DNA of 64,000 nt from Planctomycetota bacterium (GTDB lineage: Bacteria > Planctomycetota > SZUA-567 > H5-PLA8), in NCBI GenBank assembly GCA_045863855.1, contig BTVV01000027.1, positions 1-64,000 on the forward strand, in the 5' to 3' direction. A program made the translations under genes and the position numbers. The notes under the pieces were generated by a model. It did not search any database. It was not told the DNA's origin and was given only the letters and a program-made list of their open reading frames with translations. Positions 48,130-59,341 of the stretch are shown here, piece by piece (position 1 is the stretch's first letter; the number at the start of each line of letters is the position of its first letter).

Positions 48130-48272
48130 GCCCAAGCTCCAACCCCGGTGAGTCCAAGGGCGGCAACAGTATACAGCAACAACCGAAGCTGCCGACCTGT
48201 TGAATCGCCCTGCTCAGGCGGAATTGATGCAAGCGCTGGGCCAGAAGAGAACGCTCGATGAGCTAGGGTCGC

Positions 48273-49403
48273 CTAGAACAGTCGACGCTGGCGCTGATAC
48301 ATGGGCAGATACTGGCGCTCCAGCGAAAGGATCAGCACACCCATCGCGGTGGCGTAAGCGGGGCCCGCTTCGCGGCTTTGCAGCATGGCGCCGGGCGGAA
48401 ATGGCCACGAACCGTCGCTTTCCTGGTGGTCGATCAGCACGCGCTGCAACGGCGGCGCGAACTCTTGCCACGCCTCGCCGCCGAGTTGGAACATGCCTTG
48501 CGCCAAGTAGAAGTTCTCGAAGTAAAAGTAGCCCTTATAGCCCCCACCCCACGCCGGCTTGAAGCGGCGCAAGTATCGCACCGACTTCCGCACGCGCTCG
48601 TCGGGCTCCGGTTCCAGCAGACACTTCATCAGCACCGCCACGCCGGTCACACCGGGTTCGGGTTCTTTGCTCGACTTGAGCCGGTACAAGTAGCCGGTGC
48701 GTTCGGCATCCGTCTCTGCGTACGCGGCGTTGATGTACTTCATCGCGCGTTCGAAGACGGCGTCATCAATCTCGTATCCGCTTTGCCGCGCGGCGTGCAG
48801 GACCAGCAACTGCCACGACGTGACCGAGAGATCGCTGGTGCCGTCCTGCGGCGTGTAGCGCCAACCGCCCTCTTCGCCGGGAAACTTGCGGACCTTCTGC
48901 GCGCTCACAATCAGTTCGATACTCTTGCGGCACCATTCGGCCAAGTCTTTGTCGCGCGCTTCGTCACCCGCCATGCCCAGATAGGCCAAGCCAAAAAGCG
49001 TACAGATGGCGTGGACGTACATCGAGTCGTCCGAACCGCCAAGGTAGCCGTCCGAACGCATGGTAGGCAGCACGTAACCCATGGCGCGTGTCACCGCTTC
49101 GCCGCGCGCATCGTTGCCCGGCAGGTGCCCGTTCGCGAGCAATGCGAGTCCCGCGAGACTCGCCACAGCGCTCTTGTAGCGCGTGCCCTCCCAGGATCCG
49201 CTCTCCGCACCTTCCTTGACCTGCCGCGTGACCAGCCAATCCAGTCCGCTTTCCACCGCTTGGCGAATTTCGCGCGGAGCGGGCGGCGCGGCTTCGGGTT
49301 CGGCCGCGTGCGCCGCCTCAGCGCCAATCGTCACGCACGCAATCACCGTTAGGATTGCTGTGCTTGTTCGAGTCGGATTCGCCGTCATCGCGAGGATACT
49401 CAT
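48273..49403 (-). CDS. Prenyltransferase/squalene oxidase repeat (alpha/alpha toroid) exported protein
   Basis: GLDWL..Q..GSW, GGWRY...DLSVTSW and QESDGSW repeats with a signal-like N-terminus. No DxDD. Confidence 0.9.
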   Translation of the reverse strand: MSILAMTANPTRTSTAILTVIACVTIGAEAAHAAEPEAAPPAPREIRQAVESGLDWLVTRQVKEGAESGSWEGTRYKSAVASLAGLALLANGHLPGNDARGEAVTRAMGYVLPTMRSDGYLGGSDDSMYVHAICTLFGLAYLGMAGDEARDKDLAEWCRKSIELIVSAQKVRKFPGEEGGWRYTPQDGTSDLSVTSWQLLVLHAARQSGYEIDDAVFERAMKYINAAYAETDAERTGYLYRLKSSKEPEPGVTGVAVLMKCLLEPEPDERVRKSVRYLRRFKPAWGGGYKGYFYFENFYLAQGMFQLGGEAWQEFAPPLQRVLIDHQESDGSWPFPPGAMLQSREAGPAYATAMGVLILSLERQYLPMYQRQRRLF

Positions 49404-49406
49404 GGC

Positions 49407-52400
49407 TTAATGCCTCAAAAAGTCCGACATGGAGTCGAGGTACTCGTAGGTCGGTGCGGCATAGTGCTTCAGGCTGCGAACCTTCCGCGCTTTCTCCAGT
49501 TCTTCGCGAAGAAAGCGCCGATGCGGATCGCTGCTCGCCGATTCGCCGCCGCCGCCCGTGCGCTGCCCGCCTGCCCCGGACAGTCCGGAGCGCAGCAATC
49601 CCACCCACCAACCGGCCCACGCTTGCGCCCCGGCGGGGTCGGCATCTGGCGACCGGTTCGCAAGCCGCGATGCGCCCAGCGCGACCCCGCGCTTGGCCAG
49701 CGCTTCCAGCGTCACGAGCCTGGACCGCGCGCGTTCGGCCTGTTTGCGCCACTCCGGTTTGCTCAGCCCCTCCGGTCCGCCCGAGAGTCCTTGCGCTTCA
49801 ACCGTAGAGGTATTCATCTCGCGCAGGCTCGCCTCCAAAGCCGCCGCATCCTTCAGCAGCGCGGCCAAGTCGTATTTGCGCCTGCTGAGCGCCTCGGGCT
49901 CGGCCGCTTGTACCGTCGCGGGCATACGTTCGATCGCCACCGCCAGCGCTTCGATCTTGGCCGCTGGCGCCGCCAGCGCTTCCAGGGAGTTCACCAGCGC
50001 TCCCGCACGGCGCACCACCGTGCCGGCTTCGGCCGCTTGCGAGCGGGCGGCGGCATAGGCCGCCCCATCCGGCGCGGCCCCGGCCAACGCTTCGCTTACC
50101 GCCTGCAACGCCCGGGTAAGCTCTTGAGCAGATCCCAGCGCGGAAGCGAGACAGACGCGCGCGGCGTCGGGATGCTCACGCAAAAAGAGCGCCGCACGCT
50201 CGCCAGCCTGTGCAGCATCCGACCAGTTGCGCGCGGCATCCAGATAGGCACGCGAAGTTTCGCGCCCCGCCAAGCCCGCGTACTTCTCGCGATACGACGC
50301 GCCTTCCAGTTCACCGGCCTCGAGCGCCGCCTGCCACTTATCTAGGAAGGCGATCCAGGCGCTCTGAATCTCCTGCGCCTGCTGGTAAAGGAGGGTCATC
50401 CCGCTCAGTTCGCGCGCGCCCAGCGTGCCGGCGGGCAACTCGCGCAGCCCCGACGTCACTCGATGCATGCGCGACTCCATCCGCTCATGCATTTCCAGCA
50501 ACCCAAGCGCGGTCAACTCTTCTTCCGGCTTCCACGCCCCCAACCCAATTCCGGCTTGCACAAATCTTTGAGCGGCACGCAAGCGGCCGCGTTCGCGGTC
50601 CGCGGCGGCGAGCCAGGCTTGAAATCGTTCCAGCCAGGCGCCGGACTCGCGATCTTTGCCCTCAGCTTTCAGCGCTTCGAGCCAGCCTTTCATTTCCGTA
50701 AGTATGGTTTGCGAACGCTTGCGGGAATCCCGCAGCGCCAGGATCGGCGACGGAAGCTCCGCCCGCGCACGTTGAGCGGCATGTTTCGCAGCGGCAAGCC
50801 CTTCGCGCAAAGCGCCCGTGCTGTCCGGAAGTTCCAACGGTTGGCGGCCCAGTGCCGCCCACGCGGCCTGTTCGGCGCCTGCATCGCATAGCCCCAGACT
50901 GATAGCGCGCTCCAGGCGAAGGAGATCCAGTTCGAAGGCGCGTTCGTCGGCGGCCAGACGGCGATTCGAGAGCGCGCTCTCGATCGCGGCTTCGAACGAG
51001 AGCCATACTCCGCCGCGGTGTTCTTGCGCCAGCCGGCGCCCCATCTCGGAATCGGCTGCGTACGCGCTCTCGAACTCCGCGGCCTCCTGCTTTGCCGCCC
51101 TCAGGAGCGAACCTTCCGCGCGCACCCATTCGCCCAGCCCGGCAAACGGCATGCGGTCGAACAGCCGCGCGCGCGCCGCCAGCCACGCCATCGCCTCCTC
51201 GTGCCGCACATCGTCCGGATCGTCGGCGGCTTTTGCCACGGCTTTGGCGACGGCGAGCATCTGACCAACGCATGCTTCGCGCGTTTCCGCCCAGTGCGTA
51301 TGGCTGGGGCCCAACACCGGTTGCAGTCGAGCGCAAAGCTCCTCGATGGATTGCACCACTTGGGCCGCGCTCTGCTTCCGCCGAGCCGCCGAGCCTGTGC
51401 TCATGAACCGCGCCGCGACATTCAACTCACCCAGGCTATCGAGCAAACCCGCGGCATCGAAGCCTTCGATCTGGGCAGCGAAGGCTTGAACTTCCGCGCC
51501 GATATCGCCCAGCGCTTTGGCGTAAAGCCCGGCATGTCGTTTGAGCGCCTCTTTGCGTTCGGCCGGCAGGCTGCTCTGCGCATCTTCCTCGGCCATCTTG
51601 ACGGCCAGATTGCGCGCTTCGGTGCGCATGCCCCATAGTCGCAGGAGCGCGTTTCGCGCCGAACGGTAACGCAGCAACCCCGGAATGGTTCGCGCCGCCA
51701 GTGCGCGCAACTCCGGCCGATCGCCCTCGGCGCCGGCATACCACGCCAGCAGGAGATACAACCGCGCCAAGTCTTCCTTGGCGAGATGCGATTCGGTCAG
51801 GTGATGCTCGACCTCCAACTGAACCAACAGCCCATGCAGATCGGAAACGCCGCTCCAGGCGAGCCCTTCGGCGGACGCGCGTTGCGACAAAAGGGCCGCG
51901 GCATCTTTCGGGAGCGCAAATCGATCATCGCTTTTCGCGCCATCGGCCGCCGGCGTCGCCGCTACGGCGTCCAACGTTTCGGCGAGAACTTTCAGCGCCA
52001 GCAATCGCTGCCGTTCGTCCTCCCCGCGCGTAAACGGCACTACTTTGATGAGGAACTCGCGCGATTCGCCGTCCGAGCCGGCAGAGTCGCGGGCTCGGAT
52101 GCGGACCGCCACCACGTCTCCCGGAATCGCGCCTGTCTGTCCCAAGTCCAGATGAGCGGAAAGCGCGGCGTTCTTCGCGCCCGACGGATCGAGCGGCAAC
52201 GGAATCTCGCGCGGAACTTCGTCTGCAGCCGCACCCGGATTCACTACGTAGCGCAGCGCCGCTTCGCGCAGCCCCAAGTCGTCGGTCAACGCCGCGCGCA
52301 GCGGCACCCACTCCGCCGCCACGGCTTCCACTTCGCCCGCCGGATACTCCAGGTTCACGCCTGGCGCCTGATCTTCGGCCATCTCGATAGTCACTCGAGC

Positions 52401-53615
52401 GCGATCCACGTTGGCGAAGCCGCGCGCGTTCACGGCGCGGACTTCCAGTGCCACCTTCTTGGTCAGCGTGAAGGTGTGTGTCCCCGTTCGCGCGGCATCA
52501 TCCCATTCGGGTTGCGTGGGTTCGGCCTGGCCTTCGATCAGCAGCAGCCGCTGCGTAACCGGTTGGTCGGTCGAAAAACGCAGTGTCACCTTGGTGCCCG
52601 CCAAGAATCGCATGGGCCGGCGCGCATCGTCAACAGGGACCGGCGGCAGTCCGCTGTATGCAGGCGGTTCGGCCACTACACTAAGAACCTCGATCCGCGG
52701 CTGCGCCACCACCTCCACGCGCTCCAGACTCGTCTCCGCGTCACCGTAGCGAATGCGGTAGGCAAACCCTTCTTGCAGTTCGGAACGCTGGAAAAGGAAG
52801 AGTTGCCGCTGCACGCGCGTCAACTCATGCCGCTCGGCGGCATCGAAATCGGAAGCTTCCGATGCGTACTCCAAGAGCCCGATCTCGCAGCGTTCGGGAC
52901 GCCGGCCCAATTGTTGCAACAGCCACGCCAGCGGCCGCGGGAGCGCGCCGGATACTTCCACCTGCGCGACCCACTCCCCGCCTCTGCCCACCAACTCGGC
53001 GCTGGGCGCGATCTTGAGTTTCACGAAGCTAGGCTTCGGAAGGTTGCGCTCCGGAAAGAGAAATCGTTCGGCCATCAGCGGAAATTCGTAGCCGGGGGCC
53101 AGGCATAATCCGCCCAACCCCGCCAGGACCAGGAAAGCCGCGAGGGCCCAGCGAGTTAGCGCGCGGTCGCGCACCAACGATCCGGCGCGGATGCCTTGCC
53201 CGGCCTCCACCGCGGAGCGTTCCAGATCCGCGCGCATCTCTTGCGCGGCGGCATTCGTTTCGAGCGGCAGATCCAGGTCGGCAAGCGTGACGAAGCGCTC
53301 CTGCACGCTCTCCGGCAGCTTGCTTTCCATTTCATAGGCCGTCGCGCGCGGATCGAAACGCCGCAAGATCGCGCGTACTGCGCCCGCGAGAAACACCAGC
53401 GCCGCCAGACCCAGTCCGGCGCGCTGCAGGAGTATCCGTTCGCCCAAGTCGAGGAACAGCAAACGATCGCCGTGCGCGGCCAGCAACGCCCAGAGCGCGA
53501 AGACCACAAATGCCGCACAACCCGCGCGCAGCAGCGCGTACATCCGCTTGCGCCGGTCGAACGCGCGCAGGCGATCGGCCACCACCGCAGGAATCTGATC
53601 CAGTCGACGCACCAT
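49407..53615 (-). CDS. Large DUF4175-like membrane protein (three TM, Ig-like domains, long helical tail)
   Basis: PPAYSGLP, DQAPGV, DDLGL and VRIRARD motifs, typical of this position in MoxR/vWA operons. Confidence 0.75.
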   Translation of the reverse strand: MVRRLDQIPAVVADRLRAFDRRKRMYALLRAGCAAFVVFALWALLAAHGDRLLFLDLGERILLQRAGLGLAALVFLAGAVRAILRRFDPRATAYEMESKLPESVQERFVTLADLDLPLETNAAAQEMRADLERSAVEAGQGIRAGSLVRDRALTRWALAAFLVLAGLGGLCLAPGYEFPLMAERFLFPERNLPKPSFVKLKIAPSAELVGRGGEWVAQVEVSGALPRPLAWLLQQLGRRPERCEIGLLEYASEASDFDAAERHELTRVQRQLFLFQRSELQEGFAYRIRYGDAETSLERVEVVAQPRIEVLSVVAEPPAYSGLPPVPVDDARRPMRFLAGTKVTLRFSTDQPVTQRLLLIEGQAEPTQPEWDDAARTGTHTFTLTKKVALEVRAVNARGFANVDRARVTIEMAEDQAPGVNLEYPAGEVEAVAAEWVPLRAALTDDLGLREAALRYVVNPGAAADEVPREIPLPLDPSGAKNAALSAHLDLGQTGAIPGDVVAVRIRARDSAGSDGESREFLIKVVPFTRGEDERQRLLALKVLAETLDAVAATPAADGAKSDDRFALPKDAAALLSQRASAEGLAWSGVSDLHGLLVQLEVEHHLTESHLAKEDLARLYLLLAWYAGAEGDRPELRALAARTIPGLLRYRSARNALLRLWGMRTEARNLAVKMAEEDAQSSLPAERKEALKRHAGLYAKALGDIGAEVQAFAAQIEGFDAAGLLDSLGELNVAARFMSTGSAARRKQSAAQVVQSIEELCARLQPVLGPSHTHWAETREACVGQMLAVAKAVAKAADDPDDVRHEEAMAWLAARARLFDRMPFAGLGEWVRAEGSLLRAAKQEAAEFESAYAADSEMGRRLAQEHRGGVWLSFEAAIESALSNRRLAADERAFELDLLRLERAISLGLCDAGAEQAAWAALGRQPLELPDSTGALREGLAAAKHAAQRARAELPSPILALRDSRKRSQTILTEMKGWLEALKAEGKDRESGAWLERFQAWLAAADRERGRLRAAQRFVQAGIGLGAWKPEEELTALGLLEMHERMESRMHRVTSGLRELPAGTLGARELSGMTLLYQQAQEIQSAWIAFLDKWQAALEAGELEGASYREKYAGLAGRETSRAYLDAARNWSDAAQAGERAALFLREHPDAARVCLASALGSAQELTRALQAVSEALAGAAPDGAAYAAARSQAAEAGTVVRRAGALVNSLEALAAPAAKIEALAVAIERMPATVQAAEPEALSRRKYDLAALLKDAAALEASLREMNTSTVEAQGLSGGPEGLSKPEWRKQAERARSRLVTLEALAKRGVALGASRLANRSPDADPAGAQAWAGWWVGLLRSGLSGAGGQRTGGGGESASSDPHRRFLREELEKARKVRSLKHYAAPTYEYLDSMSDFLRH

Positions 53616-53618
53616 GCG

Positions 53619-56267
53619 TTACACGAGCCCCACCCACTTACGCCACGTCCACTCCAAGCCCAGCACCAGCACCAGCACGGTCAGCACCCAAACCGAATCC
53701 CACAGCCGCCACGTCTGCTCCAGCCGCTCCACGCGTTCTTTTGCTTTAATCCGCGGAAGAATACGATCCAGATCGGACGCCTCGGCGTAAGCGCCTCCGG
53801 TGGCCGCAGTCAGGCGCTTCAAAAAAACATCGCCGCGGGCGAGCCACTTCAATTCAGGATCGTCGGCCAGCACCAACACCGGTCCGCATTCGGTCTCCGG
53901 CCGATCCTTGAGCCGTACGCTCAGGTCATCGGCGGGCAGGCGATCGAACACCGCCCGTGCGATCGAAGCGCCCGGGCGTGGCGGCTCGCACGTCTGCTCC
54001 GCGACGATTCCCGCTGCGTTGCGCACTTCCACCGTTCCGCCGGCGCCGCGCACCCAGACCTGCAGCGTTTGGCCTTCCCGCAGCACGCGACGGTCGCAGG
54101 CGAGTTCCGCCAACTTCCCGGCTTCCGGCGGCTTCTCGGGCGCGTTCTGCACGGCCCACGTAACAAGGTTCACCACCAATTCGCCGTGCGCTTCCAGGCA
54201 CGACTCGTTGAGCGCCTTCCATAATGTATCGGACGATAGCAGTGCGGTTCGTCCTTGCCCGCTGCCCCGGCACGCCAGCACGGGCGCGCCATCCGCGGCG
54301 CTTGCCAGCAGCACCTGCGTATCGGGCCGCGCAACTTCCCGCGCCGCTTCCGGCGCTTCGGAAACGTTGGGCGCCAGCGCCGCCGTAAGCGGATGGTGCC
54401 GACCGCTAGGCGTGAGCCGGAGGCTGTCGAGCCGATCGGCTTGCGCAGGCGGTTCGTAGGCAGCGTCGGCGCGTAGCGGCCACAGTTCGCCGCGAACCGA
54501 AGCGGGCGGCGGGGCATCAGGCGCTAGGAAGAACAGCGTCTTGCCGCGTTCGGCGACCCAGCTTCGAAGCGCGCGCCAGTCCTCTTCGGTCAGGAAGCCC
54601 TCAGGCGGCCGGCCCAATACGATCAGGTCGTACATGGCGAACGCTTCCGCGTTCTCGGGCCACGCGCCACGCCGCGAGCCGCGCACGACTTCGCCATTCG
54701 GTTGGGTGGACGCGACGATCGGGTTCAATTCGATGTAATCGAGCCGCCGCAGCGTATGAATGAAGAAACGCGTCTCCCAGCGAGGCTTGGCGTCGAACAC
54801 CAGGACGCGTACGCGGTCGCTCCGCGCTTGAATGGCCGTCTCGGCCTGATTGTTAAGAACAGGAAAAATCTCTTCGGGCCGCGATGCGGCCTTCACGCGC
54901 AACCGCTGCAGTCCTGGGCCTTCGGGCGCGAAACGCAGTTCCAGCACTTCAGTCACCCGGCGGCCCAGTTCTGGATGCACCGCGGTCGCCGGCCGGCCGT
55001 CGCGCTCCAGCGTTACCTCGGTGGCCTCGGGTTTTGCGCACGCGGTCTTCAGGACGGCCGAGACGCGCGCCTCCGCGCCGGTAACCGCGAACGGCGGCGC
55101 GGCGAGCTTCAAAACCGCTATGTCGCGGGGCTCCCCTTCGGCGCCCAAACCGGCGGCGAAGACCGGAATCTGGCGTTCCGCCAGACTGCGTGCCAGCGGT
55201 AGTGGATCGGCCTGTGAGGTGTCGCGTCCGTCGCTGCACAGGACCACCGCCGCGAGCGGAAAGTCGTGCTCTTCATCCGCCAGCGCACGCAGCCTCGCCA
55301 ACACTTCCGAACCGCCGCTCGCCGGTTGCAAAGCCTCTCGCACGCTCGCCAGGCCCACGCGTTCGCCGTTGGAAAGCGCCACCGCCTCCACATTCAAGCC
55401 CGGCGCGAGCTTTTCCCAGCGTCCGTCCAGGCGCGCGAGCACGCGCCCCAAGCGGTCCAGCCGAGTGCGCGCGCGTTCGGCTTCAACCTTCGTAGCCCAC
55501 TCGGCGTCGCCGGCTTCGAGCAGGACCCGGTCCAGTTCCGCGCCCAGCGTGCGGCACTCGTCCGACCACGCGGCCCAGTCCTTAAGCAGCGCCGCGCCGG
55601 ATTTGTCGGCCGCCGCGGCATCCAATGCCAGCACCGCGCTCAAGGCTTCGGGCGCATGCGCCAAGCGCTCGGCCAAAGCCTGGGCCGCGGCCTGCGGTCC
55701 TCGCTCCAAGCTCGCTGCGCCGCGTTCGAGCGCCTCGCGCGCTTCGTTCAACGCGCCCGTGATGCGCTCCTGGCCGGTGGAGGCTGCTTCCCAATAGGCG
55801 TCGGCTCGGCGATCCAGTTCCCGCACGTCGTTTTGCAAACGCTGCAACTCGCCGCACGCGTCGAGCAAGCGTTCGGAGGCGGCATGAAACCGCTCGGCCG
55901 GGCGGTCCGCCTGGTCGGCCTCTGTTCCGAGCTTGCGCGCCGCATGCAGCGCATCGGCCGCGCTCAGTTCCGTATCCCGCGCGGTCATGCTGCGCGAATC
56001 GTCGAGGAGCAACACGACGCGGCCGGGATAGCGCAGCGTCTGCCGATGAGTCACGCTGGGACGGAAAAGCAGTACGGCGCAGGTCGCCAGCACCGCGAGC
56101 CGCACGGCGGCCAGCGCCGCGGCCTGCGCGCGAGGAATACTTTTCCATGCGCCGCGGTACCAGTACGCGCCCAAGGCCAGCGCGGCCGGGACGATCAGCA
56201 AGAGCCACGCCGCCGACCAGGGCGCGGCGAACTGAACGACCCACTCCGCGGTGCGTAATGGCGTCAT
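53619..56267 (-). CDS. vWA/GATase1-like membrane protein
   Basis: MIDAS LLDDSRSM, SDGRD, PRWETRF, YDLIVLG and C-terminal LEWTWRKWVGL. Start at ATG 56267. Confidence 0.85.
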   Translation of the reverse strand: MTPLRTAEWVVQFAAPWSAAWLLLIVPAALALGAYWYRGAWKSIPRAQAAALAAVRLAVLATCAVLLFRPSVTHRQTLRYPGRVVLLLDDSRSMTARDTELSAADALHAARKLGTEADQADRPAERFHAASERLLDACGELQRLQNDVRELDRRADAYWEAASTGQERITGALNEAREALERGAASLERGPQAAAQALAERLAHAPEALSAVLALDAAAADKSGAALLKDWAAWSDECRTLGAELDRVLLEAGDAEWATKVEAERARTRLDRLGRVLARLDGRWEKLAPGLNVEAVALSNGERVGLASVREALQPASGGSEVLARLRALADEEHDFPLAAVVLCSDGRDTSQADPLPLARSLAERQIPVFAAGLGAEGEPRDIAVLKLAAPPFAVTGAEARVSAVLKTACAKPEATEVTLERDGRPATAVHPELGRRVTEVLELRFAPEGPGLQRLRVKAASRPEEIFPVLNNQAETAIQARSDRVRVLVFDAKPRWETRFFIHTLRRLDYIELNPIVASTQPNGEVVRGSRRGAWPENAEAFAMYDLIVLGRPPEGFLTEEDWRALRSWVAERGKTLFFLAPDAPPPASVRGELWPLRADAAYEPPAQADRLDSLRLTPSGRHHPLTAALAPNVSEAPEAAREVARPDTQVLLASAADGAPVLACRGSGQGRTALLSSDTLWKALNESCLEAHGELVVNLVTWAVQNAPEKPPEAGKLAELACDRRVLREGQTLQVWVRGAGGTVEVRNAAGIVAEQTCEPPRPGASIARAVFDRLPADDLSVRLKDRPETECGPVLVLADDPELKWLARGDVFLKRLTAATGGAYAEASDLDRILPRIKAKERVERLEQTWRLWDSVWVLTVLVLVLGLEWTWRKWVGLV

Positions 56268-56271
56268 GCGT

Positions 56272-58401
56272 CTACCCCATGCGCCTTTGAAACCAGAGTT
56301 CGCCCAGCAAGAACGCGAGGACGCCCCACATCGCCCAGTGGTGCCATTCGTCGCCGCTCTGCCGTGCGCGCAGATGATCGAGCAGCGTCCGGGCATCGGG
56401 GCATTCGAGCGCGCCGGTTCGTTCCAGGAACGCCGCCTTGGACGCAGGTTCCAGCGCGCGCAAGTCGCTGTCCATGCGCGGGCCTTGCACGCCCAGCCAG
56501 ATGCGCTGGTTGGCCGAACCGTTCACTAGAAGCACCGAACCCAGTCCGGTCCGATCGGAGCCCTCTGGGAGCGTCCAGACTTCCCCCGCCGTGCCGGCCT
56601 GCCGCTGCAGCGGGCGCGGGGGCTGCGTGCCGAGCGTCCAAGTCGCCGCCTGCGCTTCGCCGGTGCGAGTTGGAATGCGGATCGGCGCACCGCGTTCCAC
56701 GGTGCGGGCTAGTCCAGCTTCGGAGACGCCCGCCATGAACAAGCGGTACAGGAAAGGCAGGAAGAACTCGCGTACCGCCAAGTTGTTGTCGCGGCCGTTC
56801 AGGCCCGCCGTGAGCAACAGTATGCTGCCCGATCCGCCGGGCCCGCGGCGCAGCAGCGCATACGGCGTCCCGCCGGCATACCACGCCAGGACCTGCGCTT
56901 CCTGCGTCGGAGGCGCGGTTTCGTACCACGCGAAGAAGCGCGCTTCCTCAACATCGCCGTCCTCGGCCGACGCGAAAGCACTAAACCCACCACGCTCCAG
57001 CCGTGCCTTGGCGATGCGCTCGAAGCGTTCGCCGGCCAGCGGCTCGGTGCGCATCTCACCCAAAGCCGCGGGCAGCAAACCGGCCGCGCCCAGTTGCGTA
57101 TTCCACGCCGCGGCGTCCACGCGGTCGTCGGCGGCCAGCACCAGCGCGCCGCCGCGCGCGACAAACCCGCGCAGCGCTTCGGTGCGCGCGTCGTTCAGCG
57201 CAAAGCCGCCGTCCAGGATTACAACCTCCGGTGCTCCCGGTCCGCTCAACTCCGGCTCGCCGTCCGGGGACGCGAACACCAGCGGTGCGGCGTGGAAGAT
57301 CGCGGCGCCGTCTTCCGTCGTGCGCTGTTGGATCTGCTGCGCCAGTTCCAGAAAGGCCCAGCACGAATCGAACTTACCGCGCTTGTCGGCATCGCGCGGA
57401 ACCTGCACGGTAATGCGCTCGGATACCTCCAGGCCTGCCGAGAATCGATTGTCGAAGGCAAGCGCGTCACCGCTGACTCGCGCCGAAAGCGCGTGCGAAC
57501 CGGACTCATCGAGCAGGACGGGAATCGTCAGTTCCCCCTGTTGCCCGGGCAGCAGGGAGATCGATTCCCGGGAGAGGTGCGTGCCGTCGAGCAGCAGTTC
57601 GACCTCGGCGTCCTGCACCGCCGCTGCGCCGAAATTTTTGACGCTCACCACCGCTTGTACGGGATGCTTGCGCAGCACGCGCGCACCGGCCAGCCGAACA
57701 CCCGTCACGGCCAGATTGCCGCGGTCTTCGAGCGGCGGGTTGATCCAGAAGACATCCGGGCGCGGCTCGGTGGGCCAGATCCACGCGTCCATGCCTTCCC
57801 AGGTGGAGGCCTGATCGTCGGCACACACGTACAGTTCGACTTTTTCGTTCGGAAAGCGCGCCGCGATTTCGCCCAGCGCCTGCGCCAGGTTCGCGCTTGC
57901 TTCGTCGGGCTCCAGTCCTTCAAATGCTTCAGCCGTTCGGAGCGGATCGCTGACGCGCGCGCGCTCGACGAGCCAGCGCGGCGTTTCGCCCATGCGGTAC
58001 AGCGACCACTCTTCGCCCCGCCCCCATTGCCCGGCCAGTTCACGCAGCGCGTCGAGCGTGCGGCTCCAGCGCGACGAGCCTTCGGGGCCGGCCAGCATGC
58101 TGTACGAGGCATCCAGCACGACGATCCGCGTGACGCCGGTACCGCTCAGCGTCTCCGCTGGCGCGGAGGAGGTCGGCCGCGCGAAAGCCAGCACCAGCGC
58201 CGCGCAGGCCAGCGCGCGCAAGCCCAGCAGGACGATCTGCTCCCAATACAGGTTTTTCTTGTAGCGCGCGAGAGCCCGGGCCAGCACGTAGTGAGCGCCC
58301 CAGCGCACGCTCAGCGAACGAAAACGCATCAGATAGTAGATCGCGATGGGCAGCAGCGCGACAGGCAACGCCCAAAGCAAAGCGGGATGGACCCACGTCA
58401 T
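56272..58401 (-). CDS. BatA N-terminal + vWA + CARDB-like membrane protein
   Basis: BatA-like start HPALLWAL...PIAIY...LR...LAFARP, MIDAS LDASYSM, and DALAFDN. Confidence 0.88.
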   Translation of the reverse strand: MTWVHPALLWALPVALLPIAIYYLMRFRSLSVRWGAHYVLARALARYKKNLYWEQIVLLGLRALACAALVLAFARPTSSAPAETLSGTGVTRIVVLDASYSMLAGPEGSSRWSRTLDALRELAGQWGRGEEWSLYRMGETPRWLVERARVSDPLRTAEAFEGLEPDEASANLAQALGEIAARFPNEKVELYVCADDQASTWEGMDAWIWPTEPRPDVFWINPPLEDRGNLAVTGVRLAGARVLRKHPVQAVVSVKNFGAAAVQDAEVELLLDGTHLSRESISLLPGQQGELTIPVLLDESGSHALSARVSGDALAFDNRFSAGLEVSERITVQVPRDADKRGKFDSCWAFLELAQQIQQRTTEDGAAIFHAAPLVFASPDGEPELSGPGAPEVVILDGGFALNDARTEALRGFVARGGALVLAADDRVDAAAWNTQLGAAGLLPAALGEMRTEPLAGERFERIAKARLERGGFSAFASAEDGDVEEARFFAWYETAPPTQEAQVLAWYAGGTPYALLRRGPGGSGSILLLTAGLNGRDNNLAVREFFLPFLYRLFMAGVSEAGLARTVERGAPIRIPTRTGEAQAATWTLGTQPPRPLQRQAGTAGEVWTLPEGSDRTGLGSVLLVNGSANQRIWLGVQGPRMDSDLRALEPASKAAFLERTGALECPDARTLLDHLRARQSGDEWHHWAMWGVLAFLLGELWFQRRMG

Positions 58402-58407
58402 GCGCGA

Positions 58408-59325
58408 TCAGACTCCGGCTCGGCCCGCACGAAACGCCAGGTACTGCGACAAAACCGTCTCGACCTTCTCGTCCGTCCGGAACGAAGCCAAGTGCGCGCC
58501 CAACTTGCGCACCCAATTCTGCCATTCGTCCCGCAGAGCTTGGAACTCCTCCCGATACAGCTTTTTCAGCAGCACCGCGTCGATCAGATGCCGCACGGCG
58601 GGATCTTCGAGGTCGCCGAAGCGCACCCAACGCGTGAAGGGAAAGTCCTCTTCCATTGGATCGCGCACCTGCAGGATCAGAAGCTCGTTGCCGCGTGCGG
58701 CGAGGCGGCCCAGTTCGCGCTGCACGCTCTCGGGCGGAAAAAGCAGGTCGGAAACCAGCACCAGCAGCCCGCGCCGCCCGCCGCTTTCCAGGATCGTCTT
58801 CAAGCACGCCGTCAGCCCGTCCGGCGCGGCGGCTTCGTGGCGAGCGAGTTCGCGCAGGATGCGCACGACTTGGGAATCGGCCGAACTGGGCGGCAGCCAG
58901 GCGACGCCGTCGGACGAAGCCAGCGCCAAGCCCACCGAGTCACGCTGCCGCACGACCAGATACGCCAGCGCCGCGGCGGCGCGCGCCGCGGCAAGATACT
59001 TGCTCGCTCCGCCCGAATCCCAAGCCATCGACGCACTGCGGTCCACGACCAGCCGCACGGCCATCGAGGTGTCTTCGAGGTAGCGCTTCAGGTAATAGCG
59101 GTCGTGCCGCGCCGAAACCTTCCAGTCGATATGCTTCAGCGGATCGCCGGCCTGATACAGCTTGTGATGGTCGAATTCGGTGCTGACGCCCTTGCGCTTG
59201 CTGCGATGGAGGCCCTGAAGCATCCCCTCCACGGCCGTGCGCGCGTGAAGTTCAAGATGCTTCAACGTCTCTTTCGCGGCGGGCGACAGAATCTCGTCCA
59301 TCCGCGGCGCGGAAGGCGTGGCCAT
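58408..59325 (-). CDS. DUF58 family protein
   Basis: GLHRS..G..TEF, YQAGD..IDWK, DRSASM and SD motifs. Confidence 0.93.
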   Translation of the reverse strand: MATPSAPRMDEILSPAAKETLKHLELHARTAVEGMLQGLHRSKRKGVSTEFDHHKLYQAGDPLKHIDWKVSARHDRYYLKRYLEDTSMAVRLVVDRSASMAWDSGGASKYLAAARAAAALAYLVVRQRDSVGLALASSDGVAWLPPSSADSQVVRILRELARHEAAAPDGLTACLKTILESGGRRGLLVLVSDLLFPPESVQRELGRLAARGNELLILQVRDPMEEDFPFTRWVRFGDLEDPAVRHLIDAVLLKKLYREEFQALRDEWQNWVRKLGAHLASFRTDEKVETVLSQYLAFRAGRAGV

Positions 59326-59341
59326 GCGTGTTGCTCCGGGA

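Noticed and set aside
48273..49403. Squalene-hopene cyclase or terpene biosynthetic gene
   Set aside because: Single toroid domain with a signal-like N-terminus, no DxDD motif, and a MoxR-operon context.
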